Below are positions 62,992-64,000 of a DNA stretch of 64,000 nucleotides, in pieces. Under the pieces are notes generated by a model. It was not told the origin of the DNA. It saw nothing but the letters and a program-made list of their open reading frames with translations, and made no database searches. Each line of letters opens with the position of its first letter. Position 1 is the stretch's first letter. The translations under genes and the position numbers were made by a program. The stretch spans positions 5,417-69,416 of the forward strand of contig JAAXHD010000105.1 of NCBI GenBank assembly GCA_012271015.1. Reading direction: 5' to 3'. This DNA comes from Candidatus Poribacteria bacterium (GTDB lineage: Bacteria; Poribacteria; WGA-4E; WGA-3G).

Positions 62992-64000
62992 TCAATGGAC
63001 AACGTGAATTTTTTCCGCCATCAATATCCATTCGGATTCTGGTGTTTTCGGTGTCAATTGGTACATCAACCGGACTGTGATTGTGTCACCCGTTGCACTG
63101 GGTAAAGTGTCGAACATGTAAGCTCTCTCCTCATTGGGGAGGAGACGGTTTTGCTCTTTAGCTGAAATTGAGATTCGCTCTTTTTGCCGTTCAACTCCCT
63201 CTGGAGAGAGAAGTTTCGCTTCAAGAGTAATCGTTCGCAATGTACCGCCCGGCAGGATGTGACCGGTTTTGCTCTGTAGTTTCACATTCACTTTCTCAGG
63301 CGTGATTTCAAGTTGAAGCGTTGCAGCGCGCCTGAGTTGTGCGACACTACGGCTTCCACGCCACGTATGCCTCCTGCCTTTGATGCTTTCATAACTGGCT
63401 GTGCTTTGTAATCGGTTCACAACCGGCATGTGACATGTCGCACAACTCTTATTTCCCTCAGCGAATTTGCTATTTAGAAAACTGGAAACCTGATCGTGCT
63501 CAGGAACGGTCGATTGACCATGGCAGGTGCTACAGAGCGTTGTTGGTGAGGTATAGATAGGATTGGTTACGTTAGCGTGGAAATAGGTTTCTGCGCTCGC
63601 TTGTGGTCCATGCATCGCACCTTCAGCATCAAGATGGCAAACAAGGCACGAAACGCCTGCTGCCCGTTGTTCATCTCTCAACTTTGGCATTTTCCCAACG
63701 CCTGTGATGAGGATCGGCTGAGGGGCATGGCACTGATCACACTTGGTTTCCCTATCCTTAATTTGATTTGCGAGTTCCTGATAAATTCCGTCAACCCACG
63801 CCTTGGCGTGCATCGAATTTTCCCACTCTCTCCAGATTGCGGGGTGACAACTTTTACACTTTCCTTCCCGAAACCCTTGATGCGCTTCAGTCACACGATT
63901 TACAGGATCCTCAGCACGAGGGGCAAGGCTTCCGATTAATGTCACCAACACACATCCGAATAGTACCAAACTTACAACAACTATAGGTCGCCGCGTCAAC
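62992..64000 (-). CDS. multihaem c-type cytochrome (five CXXCH motifs), possibly truncated at the right edge
   Basis: CKSCH, CDQCH, CLVCH, CSTCH and CATCH. The N-terminal hydrophobic anchor is RRPIVVVSLVLFGCVLVTLIG. The ORF reaches the window end, and the TTG at 63999 may or may not be the true start. Confidence 0.75.
   Translation of the reverse strand, partial: LTRRPIVVVSLVLFGCVLVTLIGSLAPRAEDPVNRVTEAHQGFREGKCKSCHPAIWREWENSMHAKAWVDGIYQELANQIKDRETKCDQCHAPQPILITGVGKMPKLRDEQRAAGVSCLVCHLDAEGAMHGPQASAETYFHANVTNPIYTSPTTLCSTCHGQSTVPEHDQVSSFLNSKFAEGNKSCATCHMPVVNRLQSTASYESIKGRRHTWRGSRSVAQLRRAATLQLEITPEKVNVKLQSKTGHILPGGTLRTITLEAKLLSPEGVERQKERISISAKEQNRLLPNEERAYMFDTLPSATGDTITVRLMYQLTPKTPESEWILMAEKIHVVH

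Overview
This 64-kb window comes from an unidentified bacterium, probably uncultured. Hand counts on a few lines give about 50% G+C. About 50 protein-coding genes are supported. I found no rRNA, tRNA or CRISPR array.

Gene content, left to right:
- Housekeeping genes at the left edge: an rpsI fragment, rplM, hslVU and sppA.
- A small AT-rich defence-like islet at 9.6-13.2 kb: an NDT-like fusion protein, a DUF262/DUF1524 GmrSD-type nuclease, and a PIN gene with a small partner ORF.
- A long accessory stretch rich in four Cys-type sulfatases without leader peptides, four PhyH-family dioxygenases, Gfo/Idh/MocA and Zn-ADH oxidoreductases, and ThuA, lactonase and MFS genes.
- A MazEF-type module with a duplicated antitoxin.
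- A frameshifted REP-associated tyrosine transposase (RAYT) flanked by REP arrays.
- An ECF sigma factor followed by a secreted protein with lamin-tail domains (LTD).
- A tandem pair of RDD-PspA/IM30 fusion genes, one of them frameshifted.
- A minus-strand cluster: a 1904-aa Ig-repeat adhesin with a FlgD-Ig/T9SS-like C-terminal domain, a PorV/PorQ-like beta-barrel, a LysM coiled-coil protein and a degenerate AccA-like protein.

The intergenic DNA is densely populated by several interrelated short-repeat families:
- REPs.
- A 24-nt GGGGAAACACCCAAGCAAAAACACC core.
- GGTTGGGAAACC hairpins.
- Hairpins followed by CCTCCTACAG.
- TCAG heptad tracts.
- A MITE of about 120 bp with terminal inverted repeats and an 11-bp target duplication.
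- A conserved CCGCAAGGAAnAATTAAAA motif abutting start codons.

The gene content (sulfatases, PhyH, WD40, TPR, dockerin) resembles marine or sponge-associated heterotrophs such as Poribacteria or PVC-group bacteria. That is a guess and cannot be verified here.

The candidates I rate most worth follow-up are the GmrSD-PIN operon with its NDT-like neighbour, the RDD-PspA fusions, the adhesin/PorV-like/LysM cluster and the mosaic repeat system. All functional calls come from motif recognition by eye. No database search was run.
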